NCBI GenBank assembly: GCA_048938025.1
Contig: JBHLMP010000041.1
Span: forward strand, 1 to 35,086
Length of the DNA stretch: 35,086 bases
DNA from: Promethearchaeota archaeon
Lineage (GTDB): Archaea; Asgardarchaeota; Lokiarchaeia; Sigyniarchaeales; SOKP01
Direction: 5' to 3'
The translations under genes and the position numbers were made by a program. The number at the start of each line of letters is the position of its first letter. The stretch's first letter is position 1. Positions 1-9,127 of this stretch are shown in pieces. The notes under the pieces are model-generated. The model did not search any database and was not told the origin of the DNA. It was given only the letters and a program-made list of their open reading frames with translations.

Positions 1-1
1 T

Positions 2-1882
2 CAATTCGATTAAAAATTTGTGTAAATCATTATCAACTGGTTCTGAAACCTTCTTTTCAATCGAAATTTCTTTAAAACTGACATTGCCAGCAGTATCGTT
101 AGCATAAAATGTTATTGTAATATTCCCATTTAAAAATTTATTCCATTCAGTTTCATCTATCGTACCATTTATGGTAAATGTAATATTTACAGTACCACCA
201 TCGAGAGAATACCACATTGTGTCTAAATTTACATCATTTACGAAAATAATAAAGCTGGGAGGATCTTTTCCAAAAGTATCATTAGGTTCAGGTAAAAGTA
301 TCGTAATATTTGGAAGAGTTATATCTTTTTCTACAGTTATAGAATTTTCATATATATTTCCTAAAGAATCATTAGCATAAACTATAATTCTAATTGAATC
401 ATTAATTTGTTCACTCCAAGCAGTTTGATTAATTGTTCCAGTTAGCTCTTTAAATGTATAATTAGTAAATCCTTTATCAATTGTATACCATGTCGTATTT
501 ATTGAACACCATGAAGGTTTTGATACTTGTTTCTCAATTGTAACATTGTAGTTTGGAGCGTTATATCCAAAAACTTGATTTTCGTTCGGGGAATGGATGT
601 TAATGATTACTCCTTTTTTAATAATAGTTATATTATCAATAAGATAAATATTATTATAATCATCTGGCATAGCCCATGTTTCTAACGTCAGAATAGTTTC
701 TTCGTTAATATCATCAACATTGATTTTAATAATTATAAAATGATATGTGCTATTATAAAAGGGGGCATAAACAGGATTTGTATCGCGAGTATATAAAGGG
801 GCTCCAGCTCCCCCAGTGATAAAATACATCGGATTGGATGGGTTTTTGAAATTATATGAAGATGGGCTATTAAAATTTTTAAATCGGTTCATTGGATAAC
901 TTCTTTCATAATAATGATTATGCCCTGCAAAAACCATATCAACATCATATTCTTCAAATAAGGGACACCAATTAGAAATTAAATCTGTTAGATCCGGACG
1001 GCTTGATAAAGAGTTAAATATTGGTTCATGCATAAATACAAATCTCCATAGCGTATTATTATCATGATTTGTTTTATTTAATTCTGCTTCTAGCCATGAA
1101 GTTTGAATTAATAGATCTCGATAATTATTAAGCCCTATAAAGTTTATTGGACCAATATTAAATGAATAATAATAGGAATTTAATCCATTGGAAGGTAAAT
1201 GAACGTTATCATACATATAACCATCTGTATGTTCATGATTACCTTCAATGTAATAACCAGGAATTTTTTTAGTTAATGGTTCAATATCTTCAAAGTAATT
1301 ATTCCATTGATCTTGAATTCTACCATCAGAAACGATATCACCAGTATGAATTGTAAAATTAATATCATCAAAATTTTCAACAACTTTTTTAACAAGTTCA
1401 CTCCTTTGTTCTCTCTGTGATCGAGAATCCCCAAATACTAAGAACTTTAATGATGTTGCATTTCTTACTGGTGATGTTGTAAAATTTAAAATCTCTCTCT
1501 CATTAAAGGCATCTGAACTTACTTTATAATAATATATTTTGTTAGCATCTAATTCTGATATAAAAACACTATATATATATGTACCAGTAATTAACTTAAA
1601 AGAGGGTACTACGGTATTATTATTTATCAATGTTGATTCGTTTGAATAGATTAATTTTGGATCGGATGCTTGACTTTCTGTGTACCAAGAAATTACAATT
1701 GAATTACTTGAATCATTAACTGCAGTTAATCTTATGCCTTTAGGAGTTAATAGACCATTTGAATTAAGATTAAAATTGTTTTCATTAAAATCTACATAAT
1801 GATGATCAACTAAAAAAGATAAAGTAATTAAAAAAAATACTATTATGAAGACCTTATGTTTGGCTAATGGGCTAACCTTCAT
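2..1882 (-). CDS. Secreted purple acid phosphatase-like metallophosphoesterase with N-terminal FN3-like domain and C-terminal Ig-like repeats (3' end runs off the window)
   Basis: Not in the ORF track. Manual translation from ATG at 1882: MKVSPLAKHKVFIIVFFLITLSFLV (signal/TM), then ISWYT, FGDSR, HTGDIV, EGNHE, FMHEP, AGHNHYYER, ITGGAGA (calcineurin-like/PAP motifs), then two repeats with WY(T/S)(I/L)D...YAND(S/T)xGN. Frame stays open to the window edge. Confidence 0.9.
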   Translation of the reverse strand, partial: MKVSPLAKHKVFIIVFFLITLSFLVDHHYVDFNENNFNLNSNGLLTPKGIRLTAVNDSSNSIVISWYTESQASDPKLIYSNESTLINNNTVVPSFKLITGTYIYSVFISELDANKIYYYKVSSDAFNEREILNFTTSPVRNATSLKFLVFGDSRSQREQRSELVKKVVENFDDINFTIHTGDIVSDGRIQDQWNNYFEDIEPLTKKIPGYYIEGNHEHTDGYMYDNVHLPSNGLNSYYYSFNIGPINFIGLNNYRDLLIQTSWLEAELNKTNHDNNTLWRFVFMHEPIFNSLSSRPDLTDLISNWCPLFEEYDVDMVFAGHNHYYERSYPMNRFKNFNSPSSYNFKNPSNPMYFITGGAGAPLYTRDTNPVYAPFYNSTYHFIIIKINVDDINEETILTLETWAMPDDYNNIYLIDNITIIKKGVIINIHSPNENQVFGYNAPNYNVTIEKQVSKPSWCSINTTWYTIDKGFTNYTFKELTGTINQTAWSEQINDSIRIIVYANDSLGNIYENSITVEKDITLPNITILLPEPNDTFGKDPPSFIIFVNDVNLDTMWYSLDGGTVNITFTINGTIDETEWNKFLNGNITITFYANDTAGNVSFKEISIEKKVSEPVDNDLHKFLIEL

Positions 1883-2107
1883 GATAATTTTATTAATTTA
1901 ATTATTAATAATCTTTTTTTAGCAAAAATAATCTTTAAAAATTACATGGAAATTTTTATTAATAAAATTAGTAATAATGAACGGTAAATAATGTTTTTTC
2001 AAAATAATAATTTATTATTTTAGTTATTTAATAAAACTACATTTCATTAACTAAAAAGTTGAGTGAGTTATTACATTTCATTTGAAATTAGAATATAGTA
2101 TTGCTAA

Positions 2108-3370
2108 TTATTCTTCTAAAAATGGAGACAGAGTTTTATATTTAAGATTTAAAATTATTAAAGTAATAGCTAAAAAACCTGTTAGAATTGACCATCTTAG
2201 ATACACTAAAATAACTAAGGGAAATTCATTAAATAATGGAAATGCTCTTAAGAAGAATTGGGTATCTTTTGATGTAAAAATCATTCCTATAATACTAAAT
2301 ATACTTATCATTATTATATAATTTTCTTTAACAAATTGCTTTATTGATTTCTCTTGTTTTACGAAAGGAATTAATAAAAATAAAATAAATGGTAATAAAA
2401 TCTGTAACATACCATAACCTCTAAAGATATCAAGATAAAGAAATGAAAAACAAAAAAGCGAGAACTTCCATTCAATTAAAATCTTTTTGTTAATAATTAA
2501 ACCCAACATTATCATGAATATCATAAATAACATTACATATCTTATAATAATCAAGATAGATTGATTAGAAAATTGAAAATCTGAAAGAAACAATACTCTA
2601 ATCGAGTTTTCATCTAAATTAAATGTGAATCCCTTTAAAAAATCAAATATTAATTCTGGATATATAAGAAAAAGCAAATTTTCAATCAAAAATATGGATA
2701 TAACTATTAAATATTTAAGAATATTATCCCTATTAAATAAATTAGAAATTTTAATTTCATGAAATAAATAAATAATGAAGAGAAAGATTAATTGAGGAAC
2801 CATGCCTATAGCAAAAATAAAAAGTATATAATTTAGTGTGAAAAATGAAATTGTTCTCTCCTTTTCTTCTTTTCTATAATATATTTCTCTCCAAATTATC
2901 CATAGAAATATTACGCTCACAAGGAGTTTAATTTGAAGAGTTCTATATTGATCAAAAATGATCCATCCATTAGAAACTATTAAAAGAAATAATAATCTAT
3001 TCCATTTGTTTTTTAAATTCATCAATCTCATTATTCGGTTGAATAATAAAATAAAAATAATAGAAAGAATATAATTTGTAATCAAAAAAATACAAGCGGC
3101 TAATTTAAGATTAAAAAAACCTAAAAATGAGAAAAAACATGCAAAGCTTGGTAAATAATAATAACCCCAACCAGAAATGTCAATATCATAAAGTTCTTTA
3201 GGATTACTTAGAACCTTCTTAAAAGCTTCATGAAATATGTGAAAATCTACATGATATACATTAAAATCATACCACACTAAAAATAATAATAACCAAAAGG
3301 TTAAACATGAAAATGATATAATAAGATGAAATCTATTTCTAAAAAATTTTAATAACCTTTCAAAACTCAT
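2108..3370 (-). CDS. Polytopic membrane glycosyltransferase, GT-C fold (GT87/DUF2029-like)
   Basis: About 10 hydrophobic segments; N-terminal loop 'VDFHIFHEA...LY...YYYLPSF' and 'LQIKLL' resemble GT87 mannosyltransferase motifs. Confidence 0.65.
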   Translation of the reverse strand: MSFERLLKFFRNRFHLIISFSCLTFWLLLFLVWYDFNVYHVDFHIFHEAFKKVLSNPKELYDIDISGWGYYYLPSFACFFSFLGFFNLKLAACIFLITNYILSIIFILLFNRIMRLMNLKNKWNRLLFLLIVSNGWIIFDQYRTLQIKLLVSVIFLWIIWREIYYRKEEKERTISFFTLNYILFIFAIGMVPQLIFLFIIYLFHEIKISNLFNRDNILKYLIVISIFLIENLLFLIYPELIFDFLKGFTFNLDENSIRVLFLSDFQFSNQSILIIIRYVMLFMIFMIMLGLIINKKILIEWKFSLFCFSFLYLDIFRGYGMLQILLPFILFLLIPFVKQEKSIKQFVKENYIIMISIFSIIGMIFTSKDTQFFLRAFPLFNEFPLVILVYLRWSILTGFLAITLIILNLKYKTLSPFLEE

Positions 3371-3735
3371 AATTATTTACTATTCTAAAGAAATTTTGTA
3401 ATTAACGGCTGGCATACCAAGTTTTAATTTGAGGTCCAAAAATAATTAATAGTAAAAATAGTATAAAAATTAATAAGGTAATTAAGCATTCAATATTAAA
3501 TTTAAAAGTCACTTAATGAATGTTCAGAAAATTATAAAGCAGATTTTATATTTTGATAATAATCTATTTTTATAATATTCTTACTTCTAAAAATTTTAAA
3601 ATTTTTCCAAAAAAGACGATTAATAAAACTAAATTGTTTTAACAAAAAAATTAAGTAATTTTTCCTTTAATTGGGAACAGTTATTCCTCAATCCTTTTTA
3701 TAATAATTTAATTCTTTTAAGTTAGACTAAATTAG

Positions 3736-4419
3736 GTGTTTAAAAAAATGAAAAAATTAAACAAAATTTTACTAGGAGCCTTTGTTTTTATGGCACTAAT
3801 TTCCATAATTAACATAAGTAATGTAGTAGCAACAAATCCTTTAGATATTCCTACAGATGAATATAGTGGTACTCTAGATCCAGGTGAAAATGCAATACGA
3901 TTTCGTAATCAAACACAGATACGTATAGATTGTAATCAATGTATTTGTATAAACATAGAATGTGAAGCTTTGAAGATTGGAGCAAAAGATTTTATATTAG
4001 AGCTTAATACTTCTGGTGATTGTCTAATGAATATGACTTGTACAGAAGAGCAAGCTGAGCTTGGTTTATTAAATGGTAATAGTATTCAAACAAGAACCCG
4101 CAATAGATATACTTATAGAGAAGGATTCTGTATTTCAATAGAATGTAATTGTTCAGAAATTCAAGCAAGATTACGCATTAAAGCATCAATCCATAATAGA
4201 AATGGTGTTTGGGCATATTATCAAGGTGACAAATGGGTTCCTGTTCCTACAACAATTGAAGATGACTATTTAACTGCAGAAGTTGATCATTTTTCCTCCT
4301 GGACTGTTTTAATCCCAACAGCAGGAGAAAATTTAGTGTTTTATGTTGGTATTGCTGCTATAATAGGAGTAATTGCTGTAGGCTCAGTTGCTTTTCTTAG
4401 AAAAAGAGTAAAACAATGA
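3736..4419 (+). CDS. Cys-rich secreted, C-terminally membrane-anchored surface protein
   Basis: Signal peptide (MKKLNKILLGAFVFMALIS; ATG at 3748 is a likely start), Cys-rich beta-type ectodomain, 'W..VPT...LTAEVDHFSSWTVL' motif seen in archaeal surface proteins, C-terminal TM helix followed by a basic tail RKRVKQ. Confidence 0.8.
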   Translation: MFKKMKKLNKILLGAFVFMALISIINISNVVATNPLDIPTDEYSGTLDPGENAIRFRNQTQIRIDCNQCICINIECEALKIGAKDFILELNTSGDCLMNMTCTEEQAELGLLNGNSIQTRTRNRYTYREGFCISIECNCSEIQARLRIKASIHNRNGVWAYYQGDKWVPVPTTIEDDYLTAEVDHFSSWTVLIPTAGENLVFYVGIAAIIGVIAVGSVAFLRKRVKQ

Positions 4420-4498
4420 GCATCCAATTTTTTAAACTAAAAATTTTTTTTATTTTTATTAATTAAATTAAAAAAAGAATGCTAAAAATTGAACTTAT

Positions 4499-5749
4499 TT
4501 GATTTTTAATAGAAGAATTACGAAGAAAAATCATCGGTTAAAAATTTTACTCATATTTATTCTTATTCTTGAATTTAATTTTGTTTTTTATTTTGTGTTA
4601 GCTAGAGATGAAGATATTCCAGATTTTTGGACAGAAGATACAGTCAACCCTGGAGAACATGTTTCTTATTATTTTCCTAATAATATTATATTTGAAATTT
4701 CGACAGATTCTTTAATAGATCTTTATCTAGAATATGATAGCAAAATAAAAAACCGTCAATCTTATTTTATGTTTAACAACAATGAGTCAATATCTCTAAA
4801 TATAACGTCAAAAACAAGCATGAAAAATTATGGTATACCAAATCCTCCCCCAAATCCAAAAAAAGGAAATTTTCAGTTGAGATACCAATACAATTGTATT
4901 TTTAGAATAAGAACCAATACTTCAATAGAAAACTTAACTATCATGTATCGAAAAAATAGTTTATATGGACTAAAACCTAGTATAAATTACTCTTTAGCGA
5001 TATATGAACCAAATCAACAATCATGGGAATTAATTGACACAGAAGAGAAGCTCAATGAATCAATTTCTGAACTATATTTAGAGGGTACGCTTTTAGGTAT
5101 TGAAGGAGATATTGATTATTTTGTAACACTTTTTGAGTTTACTGTAGAACCTTATGATTGGACGTGGTTGATAATAACAATACTAATTACTGCTGTTAGT
5201 ATTTTATCAATAGCATTATTAATATCAAAAAAAGATTATTTTCAGTATCTAAGAACAAGAACTATTCCAATTGAGAAAGGGGCTCATAGATTATCTTTAG
5301 ATGAGGTTCTGGAAAACAGAAATCGAAGCAAAATTATTGAACTAATTTTAATCGAGCCTGGAATTCATTTTAATGAATTATTACGAAAGACAGGCCTTGC
5401 TGCTGGAAACTTGGTTTGGCACCTTGATATTCTTCAGACTTACAAAATAATTGGAAAAAAGAGAGTAGGTAACTTTATTGCTTATTTTCCTTATTATCAA
5501 AAAAATCCTATTTCTAATGTCGATTTAAAATTACAGAAAAGTAAATTAACTTTAGAAATACTAGAAATGATTGAGCAAGATCCAGGAATATGGAATAATT
5601 TAATTACTAAAAAACTAAAGGTTGATCATAAAACAATACAATACCATATTAGGAAATTAGAAGAATTAGGCTTGATAAACTTTAAAAAAGAAGGAAGGAA
5701 GAAAAAAATCTTTCCCAACCTAGAGTCAGACTATTTTAATAATAACTAG
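4499..5749 (+). CDS. Single-pass transmembrane transcriptional regulator: signal/TM, ectodomain, TM, tandem winged-HTH (COG3398-like)
   Basis: Cytoplasmic part has two wHTH units: 'NRSKIIELILIEPGIHFNELLRKTGLAAGNLVWHLDIL' and 'ILEMIEQDPGIWNNLITKKLKVDHKTIQYHIRKLEELGLI'; TM 'WTWLIITILITAVSILSIALLIS'. Confidence 0.85.
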   Translation: MIFNRRITKKNHRLKILLIFILILEFNFVFYFVLARDEDIPDFWTEDTVNPGEHVSYYFPNNIIFEISTDSLIDLYLEYDSKIKNRQSYFMFNNNESISLNITSKTSMKNYGIPNPPPNPKKGNFQLRYQYNCIFRIRTNTSIENLTIMYRKNSLYGLKPSINYSLAIYEPNQQSWELIDTEEKLNESISELYLEGTLLGIEGDIDYFVTLFEFTVEPYDWTWLIITILITAVSILSIALLISKKDYFQYLRTRTIPIEKGAHRLSLDEVLENRNRSKIIELILIEPGIHFNELLRKTGLAAGNLVWHLDILQTYKIIGKKRVGNFIAYFPYYQKNPISNVDLKLQKSKLTLEILEMIEQDPGIWNNLITKKLKVDHKTIQYHIRKLEELGLINFKKEGRKKKIFPNLESDYFNNN

Positions 5750-5800
5750 ATCTCATCATCTCCTCCTATCAACTAATTCTTTCTTTAAGCTTGATTTTTT

Positions 5801-7204
5801 TTAAAAACTATTTAACCAAGAATTAATTTGAGGTGCAAAAATAATTAATAATACTAAAAGAGCTAAAAAAATAATACAAGATAGACTTTTGAATATTTTA
5901 TGTCTTCCTAATTCAATGTTAGTTGATCTTTGCTTGAATTCTTTTACTTTAGCACGATAAAACCCGTATAATCCTTTTCTTGTTAAGATGAGCTTTTCAT
6001 CTAAAACCTCAATATATCCTCCCTCTATTAATTTATTCAAATATTTATCAGCAATTTCAGGACCTAAATCATCATAAAAGAAATCAGCAAATCCTTCATA
6101 GTACATACGTCCTAAACTAAGACCTTTAGAAAAATTTTCAATAACCTTTTTTCGTGAAAGGCTTTCACGTCTAATACTACCTAGAATATATCCAGTTAAT
6201 CGATTTTCATATATATTATCCGCATAAACTTTTATAGAAGTAATATCAAAATCCTCTTCTCTCTTTAAAATTTCACAGATAATCTCAATTCCCTCTTTAA
6301 ACACCAAAGCTGCAATAAGTATTCCAACAAGAGCATCGATAAAGTATATTTTAAAAATGGCAAAAGTTAAACCGATTAAAACTCCAAGAGAAAGTTTTAT
6401 ATTAAATTCAGAATCTTTGGAATCACTTAAAAGAGCCAAATTTCCTGAATTTCTCCCGACCATCCCTTTAAGATACATTAAACCGGCATTCATGGCAATT
6501 GATATAAATCCAATCATATAGGCTTGGACATTTGGGATGATAATCTCCTGTGTAAACAAACTCTCAATACCAGTCCAAACCAATGTTGCTCCCGTAAACA
6601 TCATCATAATGATTATAAGGATACTCGCAAGTCTATCTTTTTTAAATTTTAATCCAACCAATCCAATGATTGCAATTTTTATTAAATCGGTTAAATTTTC
6701 AAAACCTTCAGTCAACATACCCTGGGAACCTAATTGCAAACCAGTTAAGATTTTTAGAATTGAGAGAATGATTAAAAAAAATGCAGAAGCAAGCATTACT
6801 GACGTCACAGAGAAAAATTTTCTCATCCAATATGTTGTATGTAAGTTCCAGTGATAACTTGTTTCTACCAATTTAATACCAGTTTTTGTAAGTCTAATGG
6901 TTTGATTCTGAGTTATTTCAATTAATTGTTTTTGTTTAGCCTTTTGAATATACTCGTCTACATCATTATCTTCAATAATGACTTGTTTTGTTGCCGATAT
7001 AAAAAAAACCTTCATTTCAGATTTTAAATTATCAATATTAGTAGTGCCATCATATATCAAGCATAAAAAGCCATATAGAAGATCTTCATGGGGTTCTTTA
7101 TGATGACCATCATAATATTTTGATATGAATTTAGCTCCTTCGCTTCTTGGACCAAATTTTAATTCTTTTCGTGAATATTTAGATTTTAAATCTGTTAAAG
7201 GCAT
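5801..7204 (-). CDS. Cation diffusion facilitator-like transporter with atypical N- and C-terminal extensions
   Basis: Six-TM core with CDF-like 'KILTGLQLGSQGMLTEGFENLTD', 'SGNLALLSDSKDS' and 'IDALVGILIA' segments. Confidence 0.7.
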   Translation of the reverse strand: MPLTDLKSKYSRKELKFGPRSEGAKFISKYYDGHHKEPHEDLLYGFLCLIYDGTTNIDNLKSEMKVFFISATKQVIIEDNDVDEYIQKAKQKQLIEITQNQTIRLTKTGIKLVETSYHWNLHTTYWMRKFFSVTSVMLASAFFLIILSILKILTGLQLGSQGMLTEGFENLTDLIKIAIIGLVGLKFKKDRLASILIIIMMMFTGATLVWTGIESLFTQEIIIPNVQAYMIGFISIAMNAGLMYLKGMVGRNSGNLALLSDSKDSEFNIKLSLGVLIGLTFAIFKIYFIDALVGILIAALVFKEGIEIICEILKREEDFDITSIKVYADNIYENRLTGYILGSIRRESLSRKKVIENFSKGLSLGRMYYEGFADFFYDDLGPEIADKYLNKLIEGGYIEVLDEKLILTRKGLYGFYRAKVKEFKQRSTNIELGRHKIFKSLSCIIFLALLVLLIIFAPQINSWLNSF

Positions 7205-7346
7205 TAATTATCAGTATATCTCATAAAAATTATTAATTTTGGAACTTATTTAATATTAAATATTATCATTACAGATAATCAAAAATTTGATTTAATAATT
7301 TTTAATTCAATATAAATATTAAAATGAGATAAGAAGATAAATTAAG

Positions 7347-7853
7347 ATGATAGATCCTGAAATATTTTTGAAATTTCTAATAAGTAGAAGGAGTATTCGA
7401 AATTTTCAAGAAAAACCAATTTCTGATAAAGAAATCGATATGATTCTTGAGGCTGGTCGATGGACACCTTCAGCTAATAATCGACAGCCATGGGAGTTTA
7501 TTGTTATAAAAAATAAAGAAATTTTGAAAGCAATATCCAAATTAGCAGGTTATGCAAAGTTTATTGAAGAATCATCAGTAGCTATTGCTATTATTGGTAA
7601 AAAGAAAGTAAGTCCTAAATGGTGTTTACAAGATACTTCCTTAGTTTCAATGAGTATGATGCTAATGGCATGGTCGTTAAATATTGGGACATGCTGGGTT
7701 GGTAATCTAAATAGAGAAAAAGCAAAAGAATTACTAAAAATATCAAAAGATGATCTTCTTTTAACAGTATTACCCTTTGGATATATTAAAGGAAATATTC
7801 CTCAACAAACTTATAGAAAAGATTTAGATAAAATTAAAAGAGAAATTGTTTAA
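7347..7853 (+). CDS. Nitroreductase family flavoprotein
   Basis: 'RRSIRNF', 'PSANNRQPWEF', 'MLMAWSLNIGTCWVG' motifs. Confidence 0.92.
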   Translation: MIDPEIFLKFLISRRSIRNFQEKPISDKEIDMILEAGRWTPSANNRQPWEFIVIKNKEILKAISKLAGYAKFIEESSVAIAIIGKKKVSPKWCLQDTSLVSMSMMLMAWSLNIGTCWVGNLNREKAKELLKISKDDLLLTVLPFGYIKGNIPQQTYRKDLDKIKREIV

Positions 7854-7868
7854 CATTTTTTATCTAGA

Positions 7869-9038
7869 TTATTGAATAGGTATTACCAGATCCTCAAGTT
7901 CCTCTGGTGCTTTAGTTAATTTCATGTATCCATCCTCAGTAATTAAGACTGTATCAGAATGGCGAAATCCCCCAATATTAGGTATATAAATTCCGGGTTC
8001 AATACTAATTAACATATTTGGTTCAAGTTCACGATCGTATCCTTCAGCAATAAAAGGGGCTTCATGTCCAGTAATACCAAGACCATGTCCAGTCCTATGA
8101 AGTATAAAATCCCCATAACCTTTGGCATTGATAAATTTTCGTACTTTTTTATCAATCTCACTCATTACAACTCCAGGTTTTAATAAATCATAAGCTAATG
8201 ACCTAGCATTAAGCATTACTTCAAATGGCTTTTTTGCTTTTTCAGGAATATTACCTAAAAAAAATGTCCTTTCAACCTCTACTCCATAACCATCAACTTG
8301 TGCTTGAATTATAGAAACATGTGGTCCGCCTTCTTCCATCTCAGAAAAAATATGTGGCACAGAATGGGGATCATACGATATTGATGGAGGCCACACTATT
8401 CCCATAGTGTCTGTAACTTTAAAATTAGCACTAGGTATATCTTGCACTATTTTGGAGATCATGGCGTCTGTAACCTCTTTATACAAAGCAAATTCGAGAA
8501 CTTTAGGACGACATTTTTTAAGTAATACTCTGTGTCCCTTATTAGCAACCTTACAAGCATGTACAGTCCTCCCTATCTCATAATCAGTTTTTATTATGCG
8601 TACTTCTTCTATTATATCAGTAACTAATTGATAACCAGGTGTTTTATTAACAATGCCTACAGGCATCATTGATTCTACTCCAACCTTTGCATCTTTTTCA
8701 ATGAGCTCTTGATAATGGTCAAACCAATTTTCCCCCTCTCTTGCAGGAAATTCATAATAAGTCATAGTATCAATATCACATCTAACTCTCTCTTCAAAAT
8801 GTCCTTTTTCTAACAATGGAATTAACATTCTTGGCAAACCTTCAATAGGAATCACCAAAATAAAAGGTCGTTCATGAACATAGAACGCAAAATTAGTTAA
8901 GTAATAAATGTTCACAGGATCAAATGACACATAGTAATCCAAATCCTGCTCTTTCATTTTCGTTCTTACTCTTTCTAAACGATTTGATAATTCTTCTCTA
9001 CTTGGTGGAGAAGTAATAGCTTTTATTTTTATAATCAT
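7869..9038 (-). CDS. M24 (Xaa-Pro peptidase/creatinase) family hydrolase
   Basis: Creatinase-N-like domain (NIYYLTNF) and pita-bread motifs 'HRTGHGLG..HEAP', 'EPGIY', 'GFRHSDTV'. Confidence 0.88.
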   Translation of the reverse strand: MIIKIKAITSPPSREELSNRLERVRTKMKEQDLDYYVSFDPVNIYYLTNFAFYVHERPFILVIPIEGLPRMLIPLLEKGHFEERVRCDIDTMTYYEFPAREGENWFDHYQELIEKDAKVGVESMMPVGIVNKTPGYQLVTDIIEEVRIIKTDYEIGRTVHACKVANKGHRVLLKKCRPKVLEFALYKEVTDAMISKIVQDIPSANFKVTDTMGIVWPPSISYDPHSVPHIFSEMEEGGPHVSIIQAQVDGYGVEVERTFFLGNIPEKAKKPFEVMLNARSLAYDLLKPGVVMSEIDKKVRKFINAKGYGDFILHRTGHGLGITGHEAPFIAEGYDRELEPNMLISIEPGIYIPNIGGFRHSDTVLITEDGYMKLTKAPEELEDLVIPIQ

Positions 9039-9127
9039 TCTACATTCCTACATTTTAATTATGTATTATAATCATATAATATTAAATAATAAATATAGCT
9101 TTATTAGTTAGAAGAGACTGTAATAAG

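Noticed and set aside
171-380. 69-aa + strand ORF
   Set aside because: Antisense shadow of the phosphatase gene on the minus strand.
2082-2321. 79-aa + strand ORF
   Set aside because: Antisense to the GT87 gene; no motif.
6537-6854. 105-aa + strand ORF
   Set aside because: Antisense shadow of the TM-coding region of the CDF gene.
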